NCBI RefSeq assembly: GCF_000143415.4
Contig: NW_003314326.1
Span: 755,609 to 819,608 of the forward strand
Direction: 5' to 3'
DNA length: 64,000 nucleotides
Source of the DNA: Selaginella moellendorffii
Taxonomy: Eukaryota; Plantae; Lycopodiophyta
The notes beneath the pieces were generated by a model. It made no database searches. It was not told where the DNA came from and saw nothing but the letters and a program-made list of their open reading frames with translations. This document shows, piece after piece, positions 34,273 through 46,140 of this stretch. The position numbers were made by a program, and so were the translations under genes. The number at the start of each line of letters is the position of its first letter. The stretch's first letter is position 1.

Positions 34273-34697
34273 TCAGTGGTGATCCGAGAAAGCGTCAGGA
34301 AACTGGCTCTGGATCCGATTTTTTATGATCCTAACAGCAAAGTTTTCTTTGAAAAGAGTGAAAAATTTGTGCTTACCTGATGTGCTTGAAAATGTGGTCT
34401 AGATCGGCTTTCATGGATTTGAGGAGCTTCGTGTTCTTGGCGAAATCTGGAGCTACCGCGGCGAAGCTACGCTCGGAGAATTCGTTGTAGTGCGAAAGAA
34501 CCGCGTTGCTATCGCCTAGCCTGCCCAATCTGTGACGCGAGCGATTCAAAACCACCACTTCTTTTTCTTCGATCGATGATGATCACTCACATGAGAAGCT
34601 GGAGGCGCTTGAGCTCGTCGATGCTGCTCGGATCGAGAATGGATTGGATCTGCTCCGTCGCCTCGGACGCTGCCGCTTGGATTTGCTGCTCTTCCAT
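34273..34697 (-). CDS. KXD1: KxDL-motif protein (BORC/BLOC-1-related subunit)
   Basis: MEEQQIQ...LGRLGDSNAVLSHYNEFSE...KLLKSMKADLDHIFKHIR/IIKNRIQSQFPDAF; 3 exons. Confidence 0.85.
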
Positions 34698-34747
34698 CGC
34701 CAAACGCGAAGAACCCTAAATTATTTATCATTCAAACGGCTATAGGG

Positions 34748-35581
34748 ATGAGTCTTTGCGATTGGAGGTTGTGGCTTCTTCGTTGGAAGAATGGCGCCAA
34801 ACCTAGGGCTTCTACCTGTTGTGCTCCTCCGGCTTCCCTCGATCTTGGAAGGCGGCATTTGATTGCCCTGGGAGTTTCCCTCGGATTGTCTGCGCAGAAT
34901 GCCGTAGCGATCGAGCAGCCGAAATCTCCTCCACCGGCTTCAAAATCTTCGCAGTTCTACGAGATCCAGGGATCTGGTGGCGTCAAGGCTCTGGATATCA
35001 GGCTTGGCGCTGGAAAATATCCCAATCCTGGAGATAAGGTAATTCTTCCTTGTTTCCTCCTTGATTTCTTTCTATCTTCGCTGCCCAGGTTGCAATCCAC
35101 TACTATGGAAGGCTCGCAGCGAAGCAGGGCTGGCGATTCGATTCAACGTACGATCACAAAGACGAGGATGGGAATCCAAAGCCATTTGTTTTCACGATCG
35201 GCTCAAACAATGTAAGAGGAAGGAATTTTTTTTTTCTTGTCTTTCTATTAAGAAGGAAAGAACTACTATTTCTCTTATGTAGGTGATAGCGGGCTTGGAT
35301 TCAGCAGTGAGAACAATGAAGCCTGGGGGAATTCGTCGTCTCATCATTCCACCATCGCAAGGCTATCAAAGCACCACACAAGACCCTCTACCTCCAAATG
35401 TAAGCTCTACTCATCTTCTACCACAAACACCTTTGAAGAGCTCTTTCTTCACGCACAGATCTTCGACAGGCAAAGGCTCTTCACCACCATCTTTAATCCC
35501 ACAAGAGTAGCAAACGGAGAAAGCTCCACGCTTGGAACGCTTGTTTTCGATGTGGAGCTCGTCAGAGTCACAGAGGAATAG
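34748..35581 (+). CDS. FKBP17-1: Thylakoid-lumen FKBP-type peptidyl-prolyl isomerase
   Basis: Twin-Arg signal (GRRHLI...AVA); GGVKALDIRLG, IHYYGRLAAKQGWRFDSTYDH, GGIRRLIIPPSQGY, RQRLFTTIFNPTR, LVFDVEL. Confidence 0.9.
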
Positions 35582-35869
35582 CTCGAATCATCAAACTTCG
35601 CACGAGGAACTCAAAAGTCTGGAGAGGTATAGTAAATCGAATTCGTTTCGTTTTTTTCGTTCGTATTTCTCACTGACCAACTTCCTACATTTGCCAGCAA
35701 AACAAACTTCATTTGGTCAGCCTGGATTTCTTCAAACCAAAAATTTTCTCCCCCTCTAAAAACCGTTCGGATCTTCCCAAAACAAGGAACAACCTTATGT
35801 ACTCATTTACAAGCCCGCCGTCCTCCTCCTCTCGTTGCTGTTCTTCGTCGCCATCGTCGTCTTGTCGAC

Positions 35870-37546
35870 TTATTTCACCTTGCCCAGCTCCAACTCGCAA
35901 TCCTCCGACTCCGAGCCCGAGGATGATGGGCTTGCAAGGCTGCCAGCGCTCAGATCCAAGAGCACATTGCACACTACTTGGTTCTTTCCGTTCACCACCG
36001 ACGGGGTCGATGCCAAAGCCGTCATATGCTGCAAAACAAACATCTCGGTAAGCAAGCTTCCAAGTTGTTTACAGTCGCTTACCTCTCGGACGAAAGAATA
36101 GATCTCTTCTTCCGTCAATGGCTCGCCGTCCGGTTTGTCTTCCCATCCGAGCGACCTCAACAGAGCAGTCTCCTCCTTCTCGCACCACCGGCCATTCTTC
36201 GCCTCGGCTGGCTTGAGTTCCTTGACAGCACCAGCGTCTCCACTCTCTTCCGTGCGAATCAGCTCCGACACAACAGTGGAGCTCTCCTCGCAGGCCTTCT
36301 TCTGTGGAGTGTCCATCGCCGTGCTCTCCTGCGGATTCCTGTTCTCGCCATTTGTCGCTGCCTTCTTCCGGATCGCGTTGTAAAAGTTACTCCGGTTCTG
36401 GCCGTGCGCAAGAGGCTTCCGGTCCTCGTGGACGTGGACGTCGCCAACTTTACCGTCACTGGCTGGCTTGCGATCCACCATGGGAGCCTGGGGAGCTCGG
36501 CTTGCAACAGGCGCCGTGGACTCTTTGCTCAGCACCTGGAGCCTTCCTGGAGTTGCTTTCAAGACGCTCAAAGCTGGCGTTGGTGTCCGGTATGGAGTAA
36601 CTGGACTCGCTGGCTGGCCGGACTTCAAATCAGAGGATTTCATCGGCTTACGAGGAAGCACCTGCAAAAGAAAAAAGAAGAGTTAAGCTCGCTCAACTTG
36701 GACAAAGAAGAAAAGGAGCTCAGCCACGTACCATTGTTTTCGGAAGAGATGGTTTCATTGGGACGAGCTGCCTTGATTGCTTCAAGGCAATCTCCTCCAG
36801 CCGCTGTGTCTGCTGCTCCATAGCCGTCTGGAATAAATCAAAGAAGGAAGAACAAGTGAGGATGGTGAACAAGTTAAACACTGCTAGAGGGAGATGGAAC
36901 ATTACCTGAATCGGAGACGACGCTACATGGACGAGCGCTTCAGACATCTTGAAGGCTGGCGATGGAGCCTCGGGGATTTTTGGGCTGAAAACTTCCGGCA
37001 TCTTGGAGCAAATCGCTTCCGGGGTCTTGGGAGCCATGGAGCTGTCAATGTAGTCCGTGTCACTCGAGTTCCTCGACGACACAAAACGATTGCTGCTCGC
37101 CATCCGGAGCCTCTCGGAGCTCTTGAAACCGCACCACCCATTCTCCACATCGAGCCTAGCCACTGGCACCCTGTGAAACCCCGACGGCCCTCTATCTCCT
37201 CCTACTTGCCTGTCATGGCTTCGCCAGTCCCGGTTCCAGGCCTCGCGATCACGCTCGCGCTCGGGAAACCTCCCGCGGCTAAAATTCGGATAGAATCTCG
37301 AGTCCCTGTCCGAGATTCCATTCAAAGAATGCTGGGGGCGATTCACAAACGAGGAGTGTCGTGATGCTATTCCAACACCACCTGGAAGAACAAAGAAAAG
37401 AAACGCGTCACCTTGGAAGAACTCGAAAGACCAAAATGAAAGAAACAAAAAAAAACTATACTTATACCATTGTTGTTGTTGTTCTTCAACCATTCTGGCA
37501 CCAGCGATGGTTCGCTTCCACTTCTGTCCATCTTGAGCAAACCCAT
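35870..37546 (-). CDS. Conserved plant protein of unknown function (EPxLVPEWLK family; possibly vasculin/GPBP1-like)
   Basis: MDRSGSEPSLVPEWLK first exon; QRLEEIALKQSRQLVPM; NRSNFYNAIRKK; EETALLRSLGWED...LTEEEIYSF; GT-AG introns. Confidence 0.8.
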
Positions 37547-38289
37547 GATCGGCTGCTGCCAAACCTAAGGCGCCATTGTGCCATCTATTGAGGAAGCCAC
37601 ACAGCCTTTTACCCCAATCCTTCTCCTTCCCTCATCCCCGGAAAAGGCCAGGCCCAAAATCAAGAACAACAAAGACCTTCCCACACACCTCTACGAAAAC
37701 GGGGACACGAATCGCCAGAGAGCCAGAAAATCCGCACTCCAATTCCTCTCTCCCTCGGATTCCCACCGGCGCTCTCGCGAATTCGGCGCCACAAACCCTA
37801 CCGCTGCTGGATCGCGGGCCAGGAGGAGGAAGGGATTCGCCTCGCGATTCACCTCCGCTGAATCGCGATGCTTGCTTGCCGTTGCAATATAGGTACAAAG
37901 AAAAACACACAGCACAGCGAGCCCTAAATCCCCTTCCTCATCAACGGTTGATATTTCGCCACGCGGGCACTGGAATATGCCCCGCGCCATAAAACCCCCC
38001 CAGAGCCCTAGTGTGTCTTGCAAGAAAATGGATTTGCAGCGCTGCTTCCGATGAATTCCTAGAATTTGGAAACCTGATCGATCTCATCGAAGCGTCCTTT
38101 TGGATTAGCTTCGATTTAGATGATGATCGATTAAATGTGACGTACATTCGAAATCCTTGACTGAAATTAGGGTTCTTCGACCTTAGAAGGGTAAAGTTAT
38201 GATCCAACGGCTACAACATGGCCACGCTGGCCAGGGAATCTCCCGTTGCATAAAACCCCTCTAGAACCCTAGAGCTCTTTCTCTAGTCC

Positions 38290-41005
38290 ATGGCTTTTGG
38301 AGCTCTTGCGCTCGTTTTGCCGCCATCGTCGTGCTCCTTTGCGGATATTTGCTGCCGATCCAGCCGATTGCGCTCGTCGCCGGGGATCAGAGCGCAGGCC
38401 GTGCGCGTCAGGGCGGCGATGGAGCGAGGGTAAGGTTTTCCTCGCAATGCCGGGGAGATTTTGTGTGACTGATCCGAGAATGCGCAGCCAGGACGGGGAT
38501 CTGGCGCATTGGGAGACCGTTGTGGGGATTCTGGGAGGCGGGCAGCTCGGGCGGATGCTTTGTCAGGCTGCGTCGACGATGGGGTTGAAGGTAGCGGTTC
38601 TTGATCCGGCTGAGGATTGCCCTGCGAGCCGTCTGGCACACAAGCATCACGTCGGGAGTTTTCGAGACAGGGATGCTGTTAGAGAATTTGCAAAGAGGTA
38701 CATTGCGAAAGTTTTCTCCGTGTGCTGGAACGTGTTTCTTGATGAAGCTGTGGAGTTCTCACTGTGGAGATTGAGCACGTCGATGTCGACACTATAGATG
38801 CTCTTGCCACTGAAGGCATTGATGTGGAGCCGAGTCCACAAACGATCAGGATAATCCAGGTCTGTTTGGTCGTTTTCTTTTTTTATTCGTTAGAGTTGAT
38901 CTTGATCATGCCTGTTCTTTTCCAGGACAAGTATTTGCAAAAAGTTCACTTCCAAAAGCATGGAATTCCTCTTCCAGATTTCCTTGAGGTGAGCAAACTG
39001 CGCAGCCTGTTAACAATTGGCGTAACGCATCTAGTCTTTTCGCAGCTTAAGAGCATTGAAAGCGTTGAGGAAGCCTCTAGCCTGTTTGGTTATCCTTTGA
39101 TGGTGAAAAGCCGTCGCCTTGCGTACGATGGTCGTGGAAATGCCGTAGTCCGATCTAGAGATGACTTTGAATCAGCTGTTGCGTGTAACTAACTAGTCGC
39201 GAGGAAACTTTTTCCAGTGTTTTGACGTTCGCTTTTGAATTGCAGCGCTGGGTGGATTTGAGCACGGCCTTTATGCAGAACGTTGGGCTCCGTTTGTAAA
39301 GGTTCGATAATGTGTTTTTAATTCTTGTCATATCTTTATATCTTCTTATCTTTGGATTGATAAGCAGGAACTGGCCGTGATGGTTGCACGAAGCAGAAGT
39401 GGTGAATTGCGTTGCTATCCCGTCGTCGAGACCTCGCAAAAGTGGGTATCTTTCCTCGTTGGACTGTTGCATTGTACAACGAGGTGACACTCCATTACAG
39501 GGACAACATTTGCCATGTTGTCGAAGCACCTGCTCAGGTGTCCAACGCTGTAGCACAACGGGCTCTAGATATTGCACGGAAGACGATCGGTTCGCTGGAA
39601 GGCGCAGGAATTTATGGTGTGGAGCTGTTTCTTCTAGCGGACGGCCAGGTCCGATAGAACTCTCATTTTCCGTCATGTGATTATCTCCGCGCACCTTTCC
39701 AGGTTCTTCTCAACGAGGTTGCTCCGCGACCACACAACAGCGGTCACTATACTATTGAAGCTTGCTACGTTTCACAGTTTGAACAGCATCTTCGGGCCGT
39801 GTTGGGCTTTCCACTTGGTGATACAGCGATGAAGGTTCCAGCAGCAATGATGTATAATCTTCTCGGAGAGGCTGAGGTATCGTGGAACACTCTTATCCTT
39901 TCCCGTCACTGGTTGGAATGTAGGGTGACGCTGGATTCAACCAAGCTTATCAAACCTTGAGAAGAGCGCTAAACGTCCCTGGTGCAAGCATTCATTGGTA
40001 CAACAAAGCTGGTTTGTTGCCAAGTAGTTTAAGCTGTTGAAGCTATATACTCTTGGATTTATTTTTCAGAGATAAGGAGGCAGCGGAAAATGGGCCATAT
40101 CACTGTTGCTGGAGACTCTGCAGCTCTTGTCAGGGCGCGCATGAATCAAATCATTAGTTCCACTGTCAGCTCCAATTCAAGTGAGAGCGAACCAGGTTCG
40201 TGTATGTAGTCTTTCGCTCTGCATGATTTGACTTTCTCGTTTCCAGGTCCATTAGTTGGCATATACATGGGGTCTGATTCAGACTTGCGTGTCATGAAAG
40301 ATGCAGCTGATGTTCTTGACTCCTTTGGTGTTGCTTATGAGGTTTGGCCGCTTTAGTTTCGTTTATACGATGTTTTTTTTATTCGCGTGCTTACAGATGA
40401 CAATTGTGTCCGCTCACAGAACCACGGAGAGAATGAACGCCTTTTCAAGGACCGCACATGAAAGGGGCATCAAAGTGATAATTGCTGGAGCAGGCGGCGC
40501 CGCACACTTACCTGGTAGGCCTCTAAGTTGTGAACGACGAAAGACGTCTTGTTAATCTAAATCCCAGGCATGATCGCGAGCGCTACTCCTCTCCCCGTCA
40601 TCGGTGTTCCTATCAATGTCACCTCCTTCGATGGCCTTGACGCGCTACTCTCCATAGTCCAAGTATGTTAACTTCCTCTTCGCCTTTTCTTTGCTGGCAC
40701 CAAACCATAGCTCTTAATGCACAGATGCCAAAAGGCGTCCCAGTGGCCACAGTCGCAGTGGACAATGCGACGAATGGAGGACTTTTGGCCGTGAGGATGC
40801 TGGCATTGACGAACCCAAAGCTCTTGCAAAGGTATCGGGCAATAATCTCTAAAGCTTGGCTGTAACGTAGTGGTGGTGGCGTTTTGACAGGATGATAACT
40901 TACCAGCAAGAAATGGAGGCGGCAGTGCTTGAAAAAGCGGAGAAATTGGAGAAAGAAGGCTGGAGAAACTATTACTCTCGCAAGAACAAGTCTTCTCCAA
41001 GCTAA
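38290..41005 (+). CDS. ADE2: Plastid phosphoribosylaminoimidazole (AIR) carboxylase, fused PurK-PurE (many short introns)
   Basis: [84 protein letters not shown]. Confidence 0.95.
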
Positions 41006-42120
41006 AGGCGATGGCGATTGGAACTTTCTTCCACTTCTAAAGCGCTGGCTCATAAAATTCCATGAACTACGCTTTGGTACGGAAGAGTGGTGGTCCCAAA
41101 TGAAGTAGTGGCCCATCAGTTGGGACGTTACGCAATGGGAGTACAATGCTGATGATTGGAGGGGCGGCACGTGACGGGCGGCTCGCTCGTCAGCGACGGC
41201 CGTGACTTGGAGATCCGAATCCGAACGAGATCCCGGCCGTCAGAGGAAACCGCCGCCGCCCGTCAGAGGTGGCCCAAAACTTATCCCATGTTTGTCAAGC
41301 CCGTCAATGATTGACGTGTCAGCTCGAGCATATGGAATGGGATTAAAAAAAAAAGAAAAGGTTTTCTCCCTCGATGTAATGAGCGTATCGTGTCCAAATC
41401 CACGGCAAGCCAGGCTTTTAACTTTCCATCGATATTTGCTTTTTTCACTACAATTTTTTACTCCTGGCTTCATTTACTACTTCCCTTGAATGCAAATCTC
41501 AACCGTCCGGGGCCCAGACACGTGGGCGCGAGAGCCGTCGATCTCAGCCATCGCCGACTCGTTCCAGCCAGCACCGGCGGCGGCCGTCACATCACAAAGT
41601 CAACCATGGTTGATTTTTAAAATATTTTCTTACCAATCTAATCTTTTGTATTGTGAGGTCATCTCGGGTGTCACAGCAGGACGTACATTGCTACGGAGGA
41701 GTGGCGTATTCAAACAAGCCAATGTCACCTCCCTGGATTACTCCTGACCCGGAAACACCTGCGCAGGTTTCCACCTTCCAGTAGGCGGTGGGGAGGTGTC
41801 ACCTGGACGGTACGACATGCCCGAACGGAAGTAAGGTCTGGCTTTCAATGATATCTATTATGCAGCGTCGTGAGCAACAAATCATTTCTTAGCTACGCTT
41901 GCTTGTGATGTTCTTGGCATTCTCGTAGAGAGAATCATCGTAGAGTACTTCGCAAACCACCACCAAAGATTCAATGAACTGTGAAGTTTTTGTCAATCGA
42001 GACTATAGCGATAATCTGTGAAGTTTCGTTAGAGATTTGTGTAGCTAAAAAGTTGTCTAGCCAAAGAATCGATTACCTGATGATGGGCGAGCCTGATGAT
42101 GGGCGAGGCTCCAGACTCCC

Positions 42121-42349
42121 AAGAACAGCTCTGTCCAGCCAGTTCCGTTGCTTGTCTTGTCTCCCACTCGTTTCCCTCTTGCCGTGTTTGTCTTAACGGT
42201 GCTACAAACATCGAAAACGCTACGGGCGTTAGTATATGTAGAATAACCGTATAGTAGTGAGGAAGGTTTCCCAGGCAAGCACAAGCAAGTAAGAGATAGA
42301 GCAAAGCAACGTAATAGTCTACGCAATGAGTGCACAGAGCTAAGTTCTA
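42121..42349 (-). ncRNA. Candidate pre-miRNA-like long hairpin
   Basis: Nested complementary blocks AGAAC/GTTCT, AGCTCTGT/ACAGAGCT, CGTTGCTT/AAGCAACG, TCTCTTACTTG/CGAGTGGGAGA (three G:U pairs on the minus strand only) and CTTGCC/GGCAAG, in a region with no recognisable CDS. Confidence 0.55.
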
Positions 42350-43610
42350 GACGAGGCATCGCATCTTTGCTGCTCTCGCTCGCTCGAAACCTCACTCTCG
42401 ATATTCGAAACTAGGCCCCTCTCATAAATGCTCTACTTCTTGTCTGCATTGACAAGGCAAAGGAAAAGCAGAGTGAAAAAGAGGATGAGCAGGAACAGCA
42501 TGTAGTGGATGGAAAACTCCAAGCCAAGCCAAGCAGCGATGCCAGTGCAGTGGAAGAAAATGGAAATAGATTGATGAATGAGAGGAACTGACCTTTCCCA
42601 TCCTACCTTGCACTGCCGCAGCGATAGCAGCAGAGGGAGTAAGAGTACACTGCATTCGTCCTGTTGAAACAGCGGCTCTTTCGTCCACTCGTCACCACCA
42701 TCTATGTAGATAGATACAAGGCAGGAAAGAAAATCAGATCAAACGAGCACTTGCAGTAATCAAATCCAGAAAATTACTGACCTCGACAGCAGGGAAAGTG
42801 ATCTCAACAAAGCAACAAGCCGTTTGTTCCTTGCGGCGGAGCAAAGGGAAGAAGTCTGCAAATCTGCAAAGCACGACAGGGATTTGAGGAGCTCCGACGG
42901 GGCCAGTTCAGGTGTGGCCCAATGATAATGTAATCTAAAGCAAAACAACGAAGAAAAGCACACACTTATCACAGAAAAAAGATCGAAGAAAACCCGGACG
43001 AACAAGAAACCGTCCAAAGCAAAGGCCAGCCGTCCTCACCTGGCTCGTCCTCAATTCTTATATCCTGCTTCGCCTGCGGCCAGAGGACAAACTTCGTCAA
43101 TCTTTTGGTGTCGCCCATCATTACAACACTACCATCCCAGGCTTGAAACAAATGCACAAGTAGACATTCAAGACAAATTTCAATGGCAATCTCAATCCAA
43201 CCAGATCACCCACAACTTACAACACGGACCGCCACCACGCTGCCCCAAGTCAAGCCTGTATAGAACGCGACAACAATTCCCATTTGCCATACAAAGAGCT
43301 GTAAATTTGTAGACGACACTTACACTGAGCTTTCTGGAGCCTCCCCAATACCTCCTACAAACAACACTTTCGAAAGCTCTTCCCTTCTTTGCACCACAGA
43401 TTTTTTCTCTCTACAGCTTAAAGACACCACCACCACTCTCCCTACAACAACAGCACAGCACGAAATTCCGGAACAGCTCAGTAACGAGGCGTTTAAAATC
43501 AAAACATACCAACGAAAAATTCCATCCCTCATGAGGCTAGTTCGTGTTGGCGCACTCTCGAAACTCAACTCGGACCCCACCGATATAAAAACTCTTCTCG
43601 GCCCGGGGAC

Positions 43611-44828
43611 TTATAAGATGCATCCTATCAGCTCCTGCATAACGTTTCTAAGATCCCCCTCAGAAGTACGAGTTACATCTGTCGCCTGCAAGACAGAGTT
43701 CCAAAAGGCGGCTTAAGAAAAGTGTTAAAAAAACTGAAAAAACATATGGGATGGGTCACTTACGCAAGCATGTATGATGAGCAATCGTCGGTTGTCACTC
43801 GTATCGGTTATCTGCACATTCCTCACGTCCATTCTGAGCATCTGGATCACGCAGCTGAATATCCTCGACAGCAAATTCGGCCTCGCGCTCGCGCAGATTG
43901 TGATGAAGGCGTCGGCACCGCACAGATTGAAAACCACGTTGGAAGATGACAAGGTCCGGAAGCTCGAGTTGCTGCCTCTCTGAGTGACGAGTATCTCCGA
44001 GTCGGAGACCATCTTGTTCTTCGCCTTGTCTCCGTCACCGCTAGCCTCGGATTGCTGCACGGCGCTCTTCACCTTCTCGGACTTTTTCTTGAGAAGTCTT
44101 TGCATCTTCTGCTCCAGCGACTTGATATAGTTGATGGCCTCGTCCACAATGGTGGATTTGTCGGCCTGTTCCAGCAATGGAAAAAGCCACAGTCAGCGAT
44201 GATCGTCAGCAGTGATCCTCGGCTAATCTTTCTATCAGAGGAGAAGAAAAGCGCGTACCTTGGATGGAACCTTGGGTAGCATCGAGTGTAGAGTCACGAA
44301 CATGCTTCTCATCTTCTTGCGCCTCTCTCGCTCCGTCCAGATGTGGACTTCGTGGTCGGGCTCGCCCATCTTGGAAGGGCTGCTGCACAGCGGCGAGGCG
44401 GCGCCACCGGTTGTGGTGTCCTGGACGGAGTGGAGGCTGCCGCAATCGCTATCGAGCCTCTTTTCTTTCGCCGTGTTCTTGGAGCTGGCCGCAATGTCCA
44501 CCACTTCGAGAGGACGCTTGACGCCTTTGTGGAGATGATAGTCCAAGCTGGAGGAGTCGCCCACGGCCTTGCTTGGGAACTGGGAGAAATCCGATGGAGC
44601 ACGAATCAGGCAGTCCGGCTCAATTTTGCAATGGCTGGATCTTGAGACAAGGCCGCTCATCTCCATGGCGCTGTCGTGCTGCTGCTGCGGCGCCGCTGAG
44701 AGCGATTCGACCACGCCAAAGCGCTCGGGATACATCCCCCAGTCTCGGATCCGCGCGTCGGCGTCATAGCGAGCGGTGGAAAACTCCGGCACTATGGTGG
44801 AGAATGCAGGCAGTATGCAGCTCGCCAT
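43611..44828 (-). CDS. ZOU: bHLH transcription factor of the ZHOUPI/bHLH95 type with C-terminal ACT-like region
   Basis: [49 protein letters not shown]; [20 protein letters not shown]. Confidence 0.85.
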
Positions 44829-45337
44829 GGCCTTCTTCTGGAGATTTTCTATCGGGAAATGCCTGGATCGATCAAAATATCGAGAATGCAGCAGCAAGAA
44901 ACAAGATTATGGCGGCGTCTGATCAGATCGAACCTCTTCTTCGCGAAAAGAAGACGACGATCGATTCGAAATCTTCGCGTCGATGCCGCTGCAGTGCTGC
45001 AAAACTTAAGGCGCTGCGCGGCGGCGAGCAATGCCGACACAAGATTGCGCTAGAAGCTCGAATCAGCAACGCTTGAATCGGCAAAGAGAGAAAGAAGATC
45101 TAAAAGAGACACTAGTCGCGAAGAACAAAAGAAGAAAGCGCCATCGCCCAAAGGAGCTTTCCCTAGGCCAAAACAAAGAACACGATCTCTTAAAAATCTC
45201 ATTACGTACGCGCCCCAGAGTACGGACACTGGAACTTACCAAAGGTCAAAAGAAAGAGTTTAATCTGGGCGGTAGAACCGTTGGAGCAATCTCAGCCATT
45301 GGTCTCAACTTTGCATCCCAGCCGTTGGGTTTTCCCG

Positions 45338-46052
<715 letters not shown>

Positions 46053-46140
46053 CTGTAGAAGGGGAACGTAAGCTTCTATTTCTTACTGCAAAAACGACTG
46101 CCATCGAATGGAGATTTTTTCTTTGGGAAAGTTTTGTGTC

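Noticed and set aside
41828-41840. GACCTTACTT on the minus strand resembles the plant U3 snoRNA 5' end
   Set aside because: Similarity stops after 10 nt; no box A/B/C/D or USE seen.
43600-43613. AAGTCCCCGGGCC on the minus strand resembles RNase MRP CR-I
   Set aside because: It overlaps the bHLH stop codon and lacks the upstream GGA, a downstream GGGGCTTA partner and a USE/TATA promoter.
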